Shown: one piece after another, positions 37,542 through 50,260 of the stretch
How positions within the stretch are numbered: the stretch's first letter is position 1
Layout of the letters: every line of letters starts with the position of its first letter
DNA from: Botryllus schlosseri
Lineage: Eukaryota
Length of the DNA: 64,000 nt
Assembly (NCBI GenBank): GCA_051294905.1
Contig: CM119375.1
Location: forward strand, 3,844,001-3,908,000
Reading direction: 5' to 3'
Translations under genes and position numbers: made by a program
The notes under the pieces: model-generated
The model's database searches: none
What the model saw: the letters and a program-made list of their open reading frames with translations, nothing else
What the model was told of the DNA's origin: nothing

Positions 37542-38089
37542 CTGTGAAAGTAGATATGCAATTTGCAATAGCCGTAATACCTCAGTGAAAGCCTGTTAAC
37601 GGGATACTATATGAGTATTATCAAGGACGCATAAGAACTCACGACAATAAAAGAGGGCGATTTGCGAAAAAGAGGAGATTTGGGTGTCCTCGGAGGACAT
37701 ATCGGGCTTCTTGAAAAACTAAAAGTACAAATCCTTAAAAAAGAAGACATACGGTATCCCACGTATCAATAAATAGCGCTAATAATATATCAGAATCATA
37801 GTATAAAATTACTATCGAATTTGAAGAATTTTTGTGGGATAACACCATGTCTCGTGGCGTGAAAATATAGAAATAATACAGAATCTTAAACGAACTCTTG
37901 TATTAAACAATATCTGTATGTATATAAAAACGAAACACGCCTCGTAACTGTAGATAAATAGCACTAATATAATTTAATCACAATTATACATTAGAAGCAG
38001 CATATTGAATGCGGCGAGCTTGTGCAGGACGACATCAAGTTTTTTGGCCCGACAAGAGTAATATTTACGATATCCAGCCCCGGGCTTAC

Positions 38090-38220
38090 CGTTAGCACGA
38101 CGCCATCTTTTATCCAAGTCCCGGCGACGTCCTCGTGGGAAACGGTTACTTCGCAGCGCGCTTGGAATCCCTCGCGTGACGTCATATCCGACAGTCTGGA
38201 CGTGATCATACGCGGAACAG
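38090..38220 (-). CDS. TTN: Titin exon: N-half of Ig I3
   Basis: VPRMITSRLSDMTSREGFQARCEVTVSHEDVAGTWIKDGVVLT; GTAAGC donor; phase 1-0. Confidence 0.9.
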
Positions 38221-38588
38221 CTGCGCAAAGGGATGCAGGAATTTAAAGGGAAAGAACGCAATAGTTGCGTGTATATTTGTAGACGCTGTTCAATATGTCA
38301 AGCCCCACAGAGTGGTATCATGATTATGGTTGGGCGCAATGATTTGGAGCACTTGAATGCGAATCGAAAATCGATTGTTATCATTCGAGTCGTGTAGTGA
38401 GATACAATTTCTACATTATTATCAACGGTAGTTATTGTTTGGATGGGATTTTTTTCAGACCATCATCGGCTGTGTCGCAGCATCCAAAACATACAGTACA
38501 AATGTACGGGCGGTGATGTAAATGACAATTCCCGTGAAGCCGCGATCAACTTCACATTACTGACCAACTGATAGATACACAACTCCAG

Positions 38589-39089
38589 GTCGTTACGCTT
38601 GGGCAAGCAGTGCCTCTTTTAAGGAGCATTCGAAAGGTAGCGTAATTGGTAGAGCTACAGCTGGCGACCCCAGCGCTGAATTTTAATATATGTGGCCGTG
38701 ATCGAAAGCTAGTGTCGAACTGATTGCGATAATACAAATTCAAATTCTGGCAGGGCAATGGTACCACCTCAAAATATCATTCAAAGTCAGAAATTTGACA
38801 TTGTTCCAAGAATGGAAGCGCCGCAACAGAACGAATTTAACAATGACCAATTTCAGCCCGTGATCGTTCGGAACAAAGCCTGTTTTCAGACTTTGAGGGA
38901 TGTTTCGAGGCGGTTCTATTGCCCTAAAAAGATTTTAATTTGTACTCACGGAATCAGTGCGACACTAGCTTTCTATTTTAACCAGTTATATTAAATTTCA
39001 GCGTTCGGGCCGCCAGCTATAGCACTACTAGTTACGCAACTTTTAGATTGCTCGGCAATAAGAGACACTGCTTGCCCAAGCGTAACGAC
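38589..39089. mobile_element. MITE with ~100-bp imperfect inverted arms
   Basis: GTCGTTACGCTTGGGCAAGCAGTG at 38589 and its reverse complement ending 39089; TSD unclear. Confidence 0.72.
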
Positions 39090-39331
39090 AGGATTTGCGA
39101 GCGATGCGTATCTATCTGCAGTTCAGTAATCTATAGATCCACTCGCACTGCCACAATGTGCATGAAAGAGGCATTGTCGTAAAACTAACAAATTATCTTC
39201 GGGTGATGTAGAAGAGGCATTATGTCCTTTGTGGTATGGCTACATATTTCTATTTTCCACATCATCAACAGTATGGTAATTTTGATAGAGAAACATATAG
39301 TCAGCACGAAAGATACAACAAGTAAACACAC

Positions 39332-39643
39332 CTTCGACCACAAGATCAGCGCGAGACTGTTTGTCATCCTGACCCACGACCACGCAAAAATAAGACCCTG
39401 CGTCCGACATTTTCAAATCCGTTATCCTCAAAAGGTGATGTTTTCCCTCGCAGTTCATGCGATATTTGCCGCCGTCTTTCAACACGGTCTCGTATCCGGC
39501 CGTGTCTCCTTTGGTTCCGGCCGTGGTGCGCCATTCTACTTCCACGTAAGGTTCGGAAAGGGAGCACTCGAATATGCAGGAGCGGTCGTTTTCTTTGCCG
39601 ATTACGTCCTGCGTGGGCTCGGTGAATCGGAGAACGTCTGGCG
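39332..39643 (-). CDS. TTN: Titin exon: Ig I2
   Basis: FTEPTQDVIGKENDRSCIFECSLSEPYVEVEW..DAGSYFCVV; phase 1-1. Confidence 0.92.
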
Positions 39644-39864
39644 CTGGACAGAAAAGGGAAGGCGTTTGCATTACACTTGAAACAGTGGTAAAATCAAACC
39701 TGATTGTTTAGTTAAAATTTTGTTACAAATCGATGCTGAGGGTTGGTCACCCAGCTGTTACAAATGTAAGACTGGGCTCCACGAATCAGAGTTCATTATC
39801 AATTACAATGATCTGGGTCGATTAGCGAGCGTCGAGTTGTTCGAGTAACGAAAGTTGTCTATAC

Positions 39865-40580
39865 GAGTGATTCTCAACCGACGGTCACCGGCAAGTTTCC
39901 TGCCGGTCCGCCAAATCTCTTTTCCAAAATGCAAGAAGTTAGACGCTTGTCCATTAATGAGAAATAAAACATCAACATTTTATTTGATTTAGAAGTATTT
40001 TTCTGCATGATGTCGTAATAGATAGTTATGGTCTACTTTACAGGTACGTCACAGTGTCGCAAGTACTGTACGAAACTGTTGACAAGTAGCACACAGAACT
40101 AGTTCGATGCAGCTGACTGGATAATCCCTAAGTATCATATCACTCCTGCCTGTATTTTATTTTGCAATGTAATTTTTACTCAATAAAAACGGCCTCTCTG
40201 TCTCTCTCTCTCTCAGTTTCGTACAAGTTGTATGTGAAAGCTACGAAGACTGTTAAACAAACTTCGTCAAATTCCGACAGTGCAATTAAGCGACACTTGT
40301 ATTACATTAGAAGCAATAGCAAACAGCAAAATCGCATTTCTCTCAAAGGATACCGAACAATCATAATATAGTTGGTGGTCATTAACGGGACTTCGCGAGC
40401 GGCGTCTTGCAGAAATTTCAAGAGAACCACGTATGAATATCTGATATCAAAAGGGCAGCATCGCATGAAATTTCCAATATTACGTTGAATTTGCATACAT
40501 TTTTCGTACTTAAATTCAGTGTTAATTTAGATTTTTGAATGTTCACTGGCTCGCGAGGTCAACAAGGCTGAGAACCACTG
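39865..40580. mobile_element. Older hAT MITE related to 61857..62920
   Basis: Left end GAGTGATTCTCAACC..CCTGCCGGTCCGCCA, right end GCTGAGAACCACTG; left flank GTCTATAC; TSD not preserved. Confidence 0.65.
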
Positions 40581-40695
40581 GTTTGCAACGCCTTCATATC
40601 GAATTTGTGCACCAAACATTCAATCTTTAAAATCAAACATTTTCGCAGAAAACTATTCCATTTTGGATTAGTAAGGAGAATGAAATCATTCCCAC

Positions 40696-40813
40696 CTTGT
40701 ACCAGCAGAAATCCTTGACTACCAGCTTCACCAACCGAATTCCTCACGACCACGGCAACCGTGCCCGATTCCTGCCGGCTAGCATTTGTGACAGTCATTT
40801 CCGAAACGTAATC
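40696..40813 (-). CDS. TTN: Titin exon: C-part of Ig I1
   Basis: DYVSEMTVTNASRQESGTVAVVVRNSVGEAGSQGFLLVQ; follows a 70-nt intron; phase 0-1. Confidence 0.88.
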
Positions 40814-40883
40814 CTGACAGTTTAAGGTGGTATTGTAGAAGGATTACATTCAAGTTACATACTATTACAAGACGATAGCAAAC

Positions 40884-41069
40884 CTCAATCAGCATGCAAA
40901 AGAATCTGTCGGAGTTTTGAATCGCCTTGCCGTTGATAAACCATATCACTTCTGGTCTAGGTTTGCCGTAAAAGCGAACGGCGAACCTCGCTTCTTTGCT
41001 TTCGACCACGGTCGCGTTTCGAATGTGTTCCAATATCATAGGTGCTTCGGTATCCTCTGCATAGTCGAC
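40884..41069 (-). CDS. TTN: Titin exon: N-part of Ig I1
   Basis: VDYAEDTEAPMILEHIRNATVVESKEARFAVRFYGKPRPEVIWFING..; phase 0-0. Confidence 0.88.
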
Positions 41070-43035
41070 CTGAACGTATGATATATGTTTCATGCGAGTA
41101 GGACATCGTAAAAGTGGCGTATCGCACTGGCATCTACTTCTCCATTGGCTGGTCTTTGGTACCGAATTCCCCGCGCGCAACCTCCCCCCCGCCCAACGCA
41201 ATTTCGCAAAAACCTTGCCCAGTTATGCCCACAAGAATATACCGCGGTTATAATTCCTAGTCTCAGACTGCTATATGTGCCTAACTGCTGAATAGCAGCG
41301 TTCGAACCATACTCCTAACACCAGACTTGGACAAATAAAAGACAACTAGAAAATGGTCATCTTTTCCTCATTGGATTAAAATTAGCATTTTCCAAATGTG
41401 CTTAGAAGTAGAATTTATGAATTCGCAAAAGCTTGGAAATTGTATTAACTTATTAATCAGGAAGAAATACAACAGAATTCAGTTAAATTCATATCAAATC
41501 AAAGTACGGTACATTTACAGAACTGTACATTTCCCCTGTCGAATTTTCAGAAAACCCAGATATTAGATTAGCACTAAATTAGAGCATAGCGACATTTGAC
41601 AAATTACAGTAGAATTAGATTACAGGCATATCGCTCCAATTAGTCAATTAAAACAACCAGAATTATCTAGCTGTACAAGTCTGCTTTAGAGATCTAGCCC
41701 TTGACCCAACGCGTATGTAGTACCACATATTTGATCCAAATACCCGAGCTAGCAATAAGAAGTGACCAATCGTACTCCGTTGCCTATGTTAATGGACCTG
41801 ACCAGTCATCCAATAGATATATTTATGGCGAAACATGGCTTTATTGACATCTAACACACAGCGACTATATCACATGACAGTATAGCAATATGACAGTGCA
41901 AGCAGCGTTAATAGAAGATATACAGAAAGCGAGCTAAATAGTCAAAATGCAGAAATTCGTAATAAAATGTGTATGATTTAAAAATATATGGGCTTCACAT
42001 CGAAAAACGTACTTTTGTAAATGGTGATAACCGAATCATAGTTCTACACTCAAAGCTAATACTGGCAATGCAATTTCCAAGACACAAAACGTAGGAGGTA
42101 TCGATTCATACGATAATGACACATATGTAAATTAATATTGATTAATCTAAACACAGGGTGATGCATGCGAAATGGAACGATATCACTTATTCGGAAGTCG
42201 TTACTATGAATAAATATCCTTTCATTTTCTAAGTTAACCAGATCATCTCAATAACATAACACCAAAGCCCGGTTCACGTATCGTAGTTTCTTGCAGGTTA
42301 ATTTGAATCTATATGTAGCCTGTAGTATATGTATAATATATGATATATATGTAGTACCGTTGACATTATAACTATGATACTGCTGCTGCAATTACCCATG
42401 CCAAATTACACGTAAGGTGCCAATAGGTAACCAGCAGAATAGAACCAAAGAAAGGGGTCACTGAATTTCTTCACGTATCAATATATAGTAAGCCAGGCAC
42501 GATCAATAAAAATAGTTTACTCTATATATTGGATATTGACAATAAAACAGAATTGAACAATACATTCATATTGAAACAACCCCGAATTCGTCAGGGCTAA
42601 TCTTCAGCAACTAGTAGAGAATTGACCAGAACATTGCGTATCAACAATACTATCACCAAATACGACTAGTTGTTGACTATTATCTCTGACGAGTGTCAGC
42701 CAACACTATTCAGGTTTATATCAATATGAATATGTTCTGTACGTCCAAAAGTCTCTTAAAACAGAATGGAAGAGTGTCACATTCAAATTTTAGCAGCATG
42801 CGTCTATTTATCTACTGTACACAAATACGATATCATGCAACATTAAAATACATCACCGTCCAATTTTCGGGAAAGTGTATGCATACACTTGGCTTCCGAA
42901 AGAAGAGTGTGATTCTTTATCAGATAAAGTGAACGTAACATGTGATTGTATATAATAATCAGGCAAGGTTTGTGCGAGAGTGCAATGTGCGAGTGCTCGT
43001 GTGTCAGTCGTGCTTGGCGGTGATTATTTGGTAAC

Positions 43036-43185
43036 CTTGTCGGTTTGAAATCCGCCGACCGTTTCCCGCGGCCTGTCCAGCCAAGGGATCGATTCTTTGT
43101 CGTCTTTTTCTTCGTCCCAGTGCGTTAAGCTGCTACGCGTGTCCCGGATGTGTTTAACATACTGCCGATCGCGAAATTCACTCGG
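43036..43185 (-). CDS. TTN: Titin Z/I junction unique-sequence exon
   Basis: PSEFRDRQYVKHIRDTRSSLTHWDEEKDDKESIPWLDRPRETVGGFQTDK resembles human KTKDELLHW..TFKPDK (recalled); phase 0-0. Confidence 0.82.
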
Positions 43186-44612
43186 CTGTAAAAAGGCACA
43201 TCGGGCCCGGCTATAAAAAGGTGCGTGCAGCGACTGTGTGGCGACCCCGTGGTAAGTATTTTGACAAAAGCGCGGATAAGGTATTCGCAGTAGAAGCTTG
43301 GTATATCTGTGTTCAATATATTTTCACCGCAAAGGATGCGCGTTCGGCAGGTCAAACTATCTGCTCCATACGAGGGCAAATTGTATAGCGTAAATTTGAA
43401 GGAAGGAAATTTATTTTCGTCTGTACCATCGATGTGCTCGGACGATGTGTATGTAAAGGAATCGTAAGGTTATCGGGCAGCACCACTATTATCTTCTATC
43501 CACGCTATCCCGAACTGAGAGCGCGTGGCCGTGTAGCCGAAGATACAAGTCAATGAACTATGAACAACTCTTATCAATATACTATATTATTTTCTATACA
43601 AGCGGATACGGTGAATCGACATTACTGCGATGCTAGCTTTTAAAGAACTTTCGTATGTCACTATAATTTGAGAAGTAGACAGGAAGGTTTCCTGCGCTAC
43701 AAGTGATTAGAATTCTTCCGCCGGTTAATTAATTCAATTAAATATTTTCAGCCTGTCGATGAAATACTGTCCAAACAACGGAGACAAAAGAGAGCTTCAT
43801 TTCGCGCGAAATCGATTGTACTTTGCCATAAAGCGCCACGTGATGCCCAAGAGTTTATCAAGTAACAGTCTTTTGTGCTGCCATCGGTAGTTGTATCGAA
43901 AAAGATACAACGCACTCTCTACGCATAAAAACAACGACTTGAAAGTCACAGAAAAAAACAGGCCGTAGAGGGGCCCACGTATATTGCAGAGATAGAATAC
44001 GAGTAGCAAGAATCTTAAGCACTTTAGATTGTTTAGACCGTAATTCAATAGGATGTGCGATTGGTGTTGATATCCAAAGCATATTTCGATTGCGAATATT
44101 TCCTTCTACAGGCTATTGAATAAAATACATTGCAGTCCAAACATATATCGGAGCCAAGTAACAGGTTATTATTAACTTCATCATTTCAAAAGACGACAAG
44201 ACTGGGACACCATGAAAAAAAAGAAAGACGTCGAAACGACTTGGAGCATAGTCTTTGAAATCAGATATATACATAACATAGCTAATACATAGTATTGAGC
44301 AGGAGAATCTCATTAACAGACTTATTGTCCTTTGCTGCATTAAGCAATGAGCTCGTGATTAAATTAGTTAGCTTTTGTTGCAAGATATCTTCGTTGTTAT
44401 AAGCACCATAACATGATATTAATAATCAATAATAAGAATATGTACCAGAAAGACAATCGCACATTTTAAATGAAACCTCTCAACAACCCAACACTGTTTG
44501 GTGTTCGAAAACACTCTGCACTACACGATGACACCGTAGATACTTCATTGGCAGATCATACAGTGAAAATTCAAGAATTTCAAATAAATCACACGATAAA
44601 TCAAAATCTTAC

Positions 44613-44782
44613 CATTTTCTTCTCCACCTGGTAAGATTTCTTGATGTGCTCTTCTTCTGACAGCTGCTTGAACTTCGTCTTCAGTTCCTCCTGCGTCAGA
44701 CTGCTTCCAGACTTCTTCTGACCGACCAGGCTGGGCTTCTCGACCGTCTTCAATTGAGATACCATCCGCCGGGCGTTTTCCT
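44613..44782 (-). CDS. TTN: Titin Z/I junction unique-sequence exon
   Basis: EENARRMVSQLK..EELKTKFKQLSEEEHIKKSYQVEKKM; GTAAGA donor; phase 1-0. Confidence 0.82.
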
Positions 44783-45418
44783 CTGCGAAGTCAAAGCATT
44801 TCACGTTTAGGCACGGCGCAGACACTCGTAAACGGCCATTTTTACATTGATATAAACTACACAGTTCCGAGAAAAGCATAGTCGAATCTGTTTGATCGCT
44901 TTCTAGGTTTTTATTAACTAAACTTCGGCCACAATCAACCACAAGGAAACGAGACATGCACTTTCAAGCACAGACATAACCAACTGAGCAACGAACAGAA
45001 TCTATATAACCTAGTAAACAAAGTTACAGTAATTAGCTCCTAGACACCATATGTCTTGATCAATCTCCCCACAATCTTCATCCTTAAAACTATAAGGCAT
45101 ACTAGGAATCATCTCGATTTCCGTAATCGTATTCGGTTTGCATTTCCGCAAAGCCGACGTACGATTTACCTTCTCATCATTGTATTATGGCAACAGTAGC
45201 CGTTATATGACACCGCGCTTTCCAAGAATAAACGCATCAGACATATGTAGCAGATATGATATGTGTGGGCAGGACGGTGTTTGGTAATGTGAACTTTCAA
45301 CGGAATCGACCGTATGACTGACAGAAATTCACGGTAACAAATCGCATTAAATTCTGAACCGGAAAGAAATAAACTAAAATCAAGTCAAAATGGACGACAA
45401 AATATGAAAACCCCATAC

Positions 45419-45672
45419 CTCTCATTTGATCTTCTATAGCGCGCGATGTCCTGTATCGTTTCACGGTCAAGTCCGTGTCGCCGTCCGTGATCGGAACCTT
45501 TTCGGCCTGGTGCAAGACGGATCGGAAGTCTTCCGACTGGTAAACCTCCAGCGCGGTGCGGCTCTCCACTTGTCCTTGCGAGTTGGTGGCGACCACGCGC
45601 ACTTCGCCGTTGTCGTATCCGCGCACGTTCGCGATTTCGAAGTAATGGATACCGTCGTACCAGAGACGAAAT
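45419..45672 (-). CDS. TTN: Titin exon: C-half of Ig (approx. Z9) plus linker
   Basis: FRLWYDGIHYFEIANVRGYDNGEVRVVATNSQGQVESRTALEVYQSEDFRSVL..; phase 2-1. Confidence 0.92.
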
Positions 45673-46362
45673 CTTAATATTACATATTTCATGATCACCA
45701 TGTTATCGGAGTACCGAACTTAAATTTGTGCATTAGCAAGATCATGACGTTTCGATAAAAGTAAAACTGACGGACAAAGAAAGCATATAGACTCATGATC
45801 TTGACTAGCAAATGACGAGAGTAGTGGCCGAATGATTCCTCTATAGCTCCAAACTATATCAGTAAAGATGTACCTCTATTTCCACGAAGTACTATATCCG
45901 GAATGAATGGTATGGTAATGGTAGGGCACAAAGATTTGGATTTTTCAAGGATTCAACTATTGTGGGTGATCAAGCTCCTAAATCTACTGAAAATTCCACG
46001 CTGTGAAATGCTAGCATATCCAGCCAAATAGATGCACAAATTGGAACTGGATCTCTAAGTTATACCTAAAGATATATCTACCTACAGCGTTGTCCAAGTG
46101 AATGATGGTACCTTCTGATTCTTTGAAGTTCGGTAAAGATATATAAGTATTTAATCTCCACCAACAGTACCATTAACACATGATATCGCGATACGATCAC
46201 ATAATCAGACAGCAGATAGACACGCGTCCCGGCACATCACGAAATGCCATGTTTGAATACGGCAGCAAGACACACGAAGAACTAATAACTGTCACTTAGC
46301 CTTACACAAACAGAGTCAAATGATTCTAAGGTAGATGCACAAACACATCGGATGAAACTGAC

Positions 46363-46553
46363 CTCTTGCTTTTCCTGATGGCTTGCTCGTTGAGATGCCA
46401 TCCGACTTTGGCCTGCGGATACCCAGTGATCCTGCACCTGAATCTGGCGGGTTCGCCCTCCTTCACCCTCGCGGGGTCGAGATCGAGAACAATCTGGGGC
46501 GCGTGGGGAGTTTCGTCTTCGTCCGGATATCTGGTCGCGTATCTATCACCAAC
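46363..46553 (-). CDS. TTN: Titin exon: N-half of Ig (approx. Z9)
   Basis: ..APQIVLDLDPARVKEGEPARFRCRITGYPQAKVGWHLNEQAIRKSK; phase 0-2. Confidence 0.92.
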
Positions 46554-46599
46554 CTACAACAAAACACATATCAGCCGTAATAATACTTATATGTCAATT

Positions 46600-46990
46600 A
46601 TCCAGAGTCGGAGAATTAAGCAATATTCAGATTTTACAAATTAGAATAGAATTAAAGGTATAGCTACAAGATTTTTTCAAATTGGATTACAATTAGAAAT
46701 ACCAAATTCGCAAAAACTTAAAAATTGAATTCAATTCCTAATTATAAAGAAATGCAACAAAACTCAAGTTCAGCTAATATAAAACCAGAGTTCATCTCAT
46801 AAGCACGAGAATAACATAGGCCTGTACACCAAGCTTGGCTTGTTTCGCGCTACACAGCTCTCCTGTAGCAATTTCAGGAAAGTAATTAGATTGTAATCAA
46901 AATTACAGCACAGAAACACAAACACAAATTGGAATAGAATTACATTACAGGCATTTCGCATTAATTAGTCTAATTACACAGCTAGAATTA
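46600..46990 (+). repeat. (ATTAGA)n family copy
   Basis: Same core as 31061..31680; other same-strand copies near 34385, 37040, 41380, 48490, 50660, 51700, 56760. Confidence 0.75.
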
Positions 46991-47031
46991 TCCGGTTGCC
47001 CAAGTCTACAATTATCCACGCGGTAACTCAC

Positions 47032-47186
47032 GCCTCGGAATTCTCTGTCCCTCTTTTCGATGTTTTGCAGCTGTCGGGTTTCGGGCAGTTGCGTGGCCTC
47101 GACCAGCCCTTTGGTGTCTCGCACCAGCAAGGTGGAAGAGGTTTGGGTTTGGCCGTGAGCATTAGTGGCGCGGCAGCTGACGACCC
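47032..47186 (-). CDS. TTN: Titin exon: end of Ig (approx. Z8) plus linker
   Basis: GVVSCRATNAHGQTQTSSTLLVRDTKGLVEATQLPE..; GTGAGT donor; phase 1-0. Confidence 0.9.
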
Positions 47187-47574
47187 CTGTCATGTTGGTA
47201 CCGAATAAACGTACTCTGTTACATATACTATATATGCTATATATGTTAGATATGCTACATATACCATAGATACCATATATAGTACATATACGACTATGTA
47301 CTATGTTATGCATTTATGGTACTATATGTTCAGTTGTACTCTAATTTTATTTCAAGATATCGCCAACACTCTCATCCAAAGCATTGTGTAATAGCTTAAA
47401 GCTGAGTTAACTGTGGACCACTGTGGTTCTGAGTACATAAGTGTGTTGGTGACACCATAATGATTCCGAGACACCACTTTTGCTGTTGACAACATCCTAA
47501 ATGCCAAGATGTAAGCCTACAGTAAGGGACACGAGATGACTAATCATTGCAATCAGTGATTGCCAGCTCCATAC

Positions 47575-47686
47575 CTGAATCTCTTGGATAGACTGCGTTG
47601 ATGTCCAACGCGCAATATCCAAACTCGTAAGTGATCATAATCCGATTCGCGTATTCGACCGGTTTACCGTCAATCAACCATTCGAT
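47575..47686 (-). CDS. TTN: Titin exon: middle of Ig (approx. Z8)
   Basis: IEWLIDGKPVEYANRIMITYEFGYCALDINAVYPRDS; phase 0-1. Confidence 0.92.
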
Positions 47687-48309
47687 CTGAAGAAAACCAT
47701 TTTAAAATAAAACCATAAAAACTCCTATTACAATAAAGTGAAAAATCACAAAATAAAATCATCATATCATTAAACGGCTTCAGACACAGCTAAACTAATA
47801 AGCTCGTTTCATGCAACTCTTGAGGTTATACAACGTGATACAAAAAACTTATCATACACACCACGGGAACTTAGAGAAAACTTAGTTTCAATAACATTTT
47901 ACACCCGGAATTCCATAATATCGCCAATTCTCTTAGAAGATAATACAATCATTAGTCTTGACATCCTCTTATCAGTTCATTACATGGAATTGTGCTCTGT
48001 GTATCGCATTGTACATTGCGTGTCTCAGGAGGATGGAAATAAAAAACATACGATGATTACGACTATTGTTGTTGTTATTGTTATTTAACAAACAACACAA
48101 AACAATTTAGTGCTTGTCGCCCGACGGCCTATAGCACGGTCAATAAATTGCACCGGTATATCCGAAAAAAGGTTGTATCAAATATCGACCAAATATCAGA
48201 ATAGACTATAAACCCACAGGTCAGGAATGGTGGTAACACGATAATACTTCCGGTAATTCAACAACTAGTAGTCTAGTGGTGTTCGATTTTCTCAATGACA
48301 GAAAGTTAC

Positions 48310-48459
48310 CTTCATTGACGGATCCCCGATGGGCACGATGTGACATTCGAAGTGGGCCGACCCCAGTATTTTCTGTTTGACAGGGGTGAGCTTCTTTTTT
48401 ATTCTGGGCTTCTGCAAACGCTTCTCGTCGTATAGATCGCTTTCGTCGAAATTGTCAAT
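48310..48459 (-). CDS. TTN: Titin exon: start of Ig (approx. Z8)
   Basis: IDNFDESDLYDEKRLQKPRIKKKLTPVKQKILGSAHFECHIVPIGDPSMK; phase 0-0. Confidence 0.92.
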
Positions 48460-48807
48460 CTGAAATTAGGCAGAAATATTTACCTTATCCATCCAGAATA
48501 GATTATGATTAGAATTATAGCTAAAGTTTTTTTCCATTTCAGAATTTGAATTACAGCCTCACAGTTTTGTCCAAATTAGATTAGAATTTGAATTATAGCT
48601 GCACGGTTTTGTGCAAATTTGATTAGAATTAGAAAACTGTAGCATATTCAGGAAACCTTACATAAGACTACAATTATAATTGCAGCCCGAATATATTTCA
48701 AAACTTGCATTAGAATTAAATTGCCCGCATTTCGCTCGAAATAGTCTAATTACTCAATCAGATTTATCTACAGCTGTTCAAGTATCATAATAATGTAGAC
48801 TCCTTAC

Positions 48808-49042
48808 TCTTCTGGTCTCGCGATCCGGAGACGGTTCCGAAGGTAGAAATTTTCTCGCCGCCTTCGGTATGTACAGCTTCCTCTCCGGTTCCGGTTCCGA
48901 GTCTCGGGCGTGAACTTTGACTTTGCATCGCGTAAGGTCCCTTCCTACCTTGTTAACGGCGGTAACTGTGTACCACGCGTCGTGCAATGCGCGTATGGCG
49001 GACGGAATGGTAAGCAGGCCGTGCCCGTCTACGCCTTCAATT
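48808..49042 (-). CDS. TTN: Titin exon: C-half of Ig (approx. Z7) plus linker
   Basis: IEGVDGHGLLTI..DAWYTVTAVNKVGRDLTRCKVKVH..EPEPERKLYIPK; phase 2-0. Confidence 0.92.
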
Positions 49043-49528
49043 CTAAACAAATTCAAACGATCATCATGAATGCCACGACACAAACAAACAGGGCTTTAGA
49101 TTTGTTCACAAATTTAGAATAAAATTTAAAACACTTTGGGTGCATGATGTGCATATGTCGCGGGACAAGGAAGACGCGGATATAGCCTTGTAAGGTTGTC
49201 CAAATATAATTACTATAGTAGAATCCAGCAAACAGTCGCATTTCTTTCAAAAGAAAACCCAACAATCTAGATAGGGTTGGTTGTAATTGAACATCGCCAT
49301 GTAGAAACGTCAATAGAAACATCCTTGACAGGTGTAATATAAAATAGTGGCCGGTTTGTCAGTAAATTAAATTTACAATTCTTTGTCCTAAATTGTATAC
49401 TTGTGTCGTAATTGCGTTCTGGCTAGTTGATTTTGATTTTCGAAATCCACTCGCCCGCCAAATTAATTTTGAAATTTTACTGGTCCCACCGCATGACGAA
49501 AAGGTTGAAATATATCGTGTGATGTTAC

Positions 49529-49697
49529 CTCAAATCTTGGTGCTTATCCGGTATGAGGAGGACATTGTCCTTGAGCCATACGATCTCGGGAGTCGGTCTG
49601 CCGACCGCGAAGACTTCCAAGCGTACCATGTCGCCCTCCAGGACGTTGACGCTCTGCGGCTTTTCCAAGATGCGCGGCCTTTCGGTGCCCTCCTTAG
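49529..49697 (-). CDS. TTN: Titin exon: N-half of Ig (approx. Z7)
   Basis: KEGTERPRILEKPQSVNVLEGDMVRLEVFAVGRPTPEIVWLKD..; NAGNAG acceptor (alternative start 49700); phase 1-2. Confidence 0.9.
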
Positions 49698-50095
49698 CTG
49701 CTCGCGGACAAGAAAGTCCATTAGTGGTGCCACAGACAGAAAAAATATTCACTTTATCATCTGTAGGGCTGGTCAACGGAAAGGGGCGATTAATTTCGGT
49801 ACTCGTAAACCCATTTAATATCATCGTCATCGTCTACTCAAACGCAATCTGCACACATATGGGCCTTACACGACTAATGAATGACGAATTGTAATGATTG
49901 TATTACACTGAGTATACAATATACATATAATATCTAATAGCACTCTGAATTCCTATAATCGCCGATCTAGAATCATGGACAGGATGTAGATGCGATTGAT
50001 GATAAATCCGTGTGGCAAAGTCTTGACTGATGGCTTCGATAATTACTGCTGGCTATCTAGATGGCGTACACATTCACAACCATAACATAACTCAC

Positions 50096-50260
50096 GTATC
50101 ACAGTCAGGGTCACGCTGCTAACAACTTTTCCTGCTTTATTCTCTGCCACAACCGTATATTCGCCACCATCACGCGGGCTTGCCGGAGAGATGATAAGCG
50201 ATCGCACGCCGTCCTCTTTAACCACGACCCGGTGGCTGTAGTCTTCGTGCATCAAGACCC
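50096..50260 (-). CDS. TTN: Titin exon: C-half of Ig (approx. Z6)
   Basis: VLMHEDYSHRVVVKEDGVRSLIISPASPRDGGEYTVVAENKAGKVVSSVTLTVI; phase 1-1. Confidence 0.92.

Noticed and set aside
43212-43260. + strand TATA box and donor, or a U1 snRNA-like ATACTTACC on -
   Set aside because: TATAAAA is the complement of a polypyrimidine acceptor, and the U1 similarity stops after 9 nt.
43752-43865. + strand exon-like PVDEILSKQRRQKRASF..
   Set aside because: Only about 37 codons before a stop, with no linked exons forming a nested gene.
47220-47325. AT-rich ~9-bp periodic tract extending ORF 46945..47313
   Set aside because: Intronic low-complexity sequence; the real exon starts at the 47186 acceptor.
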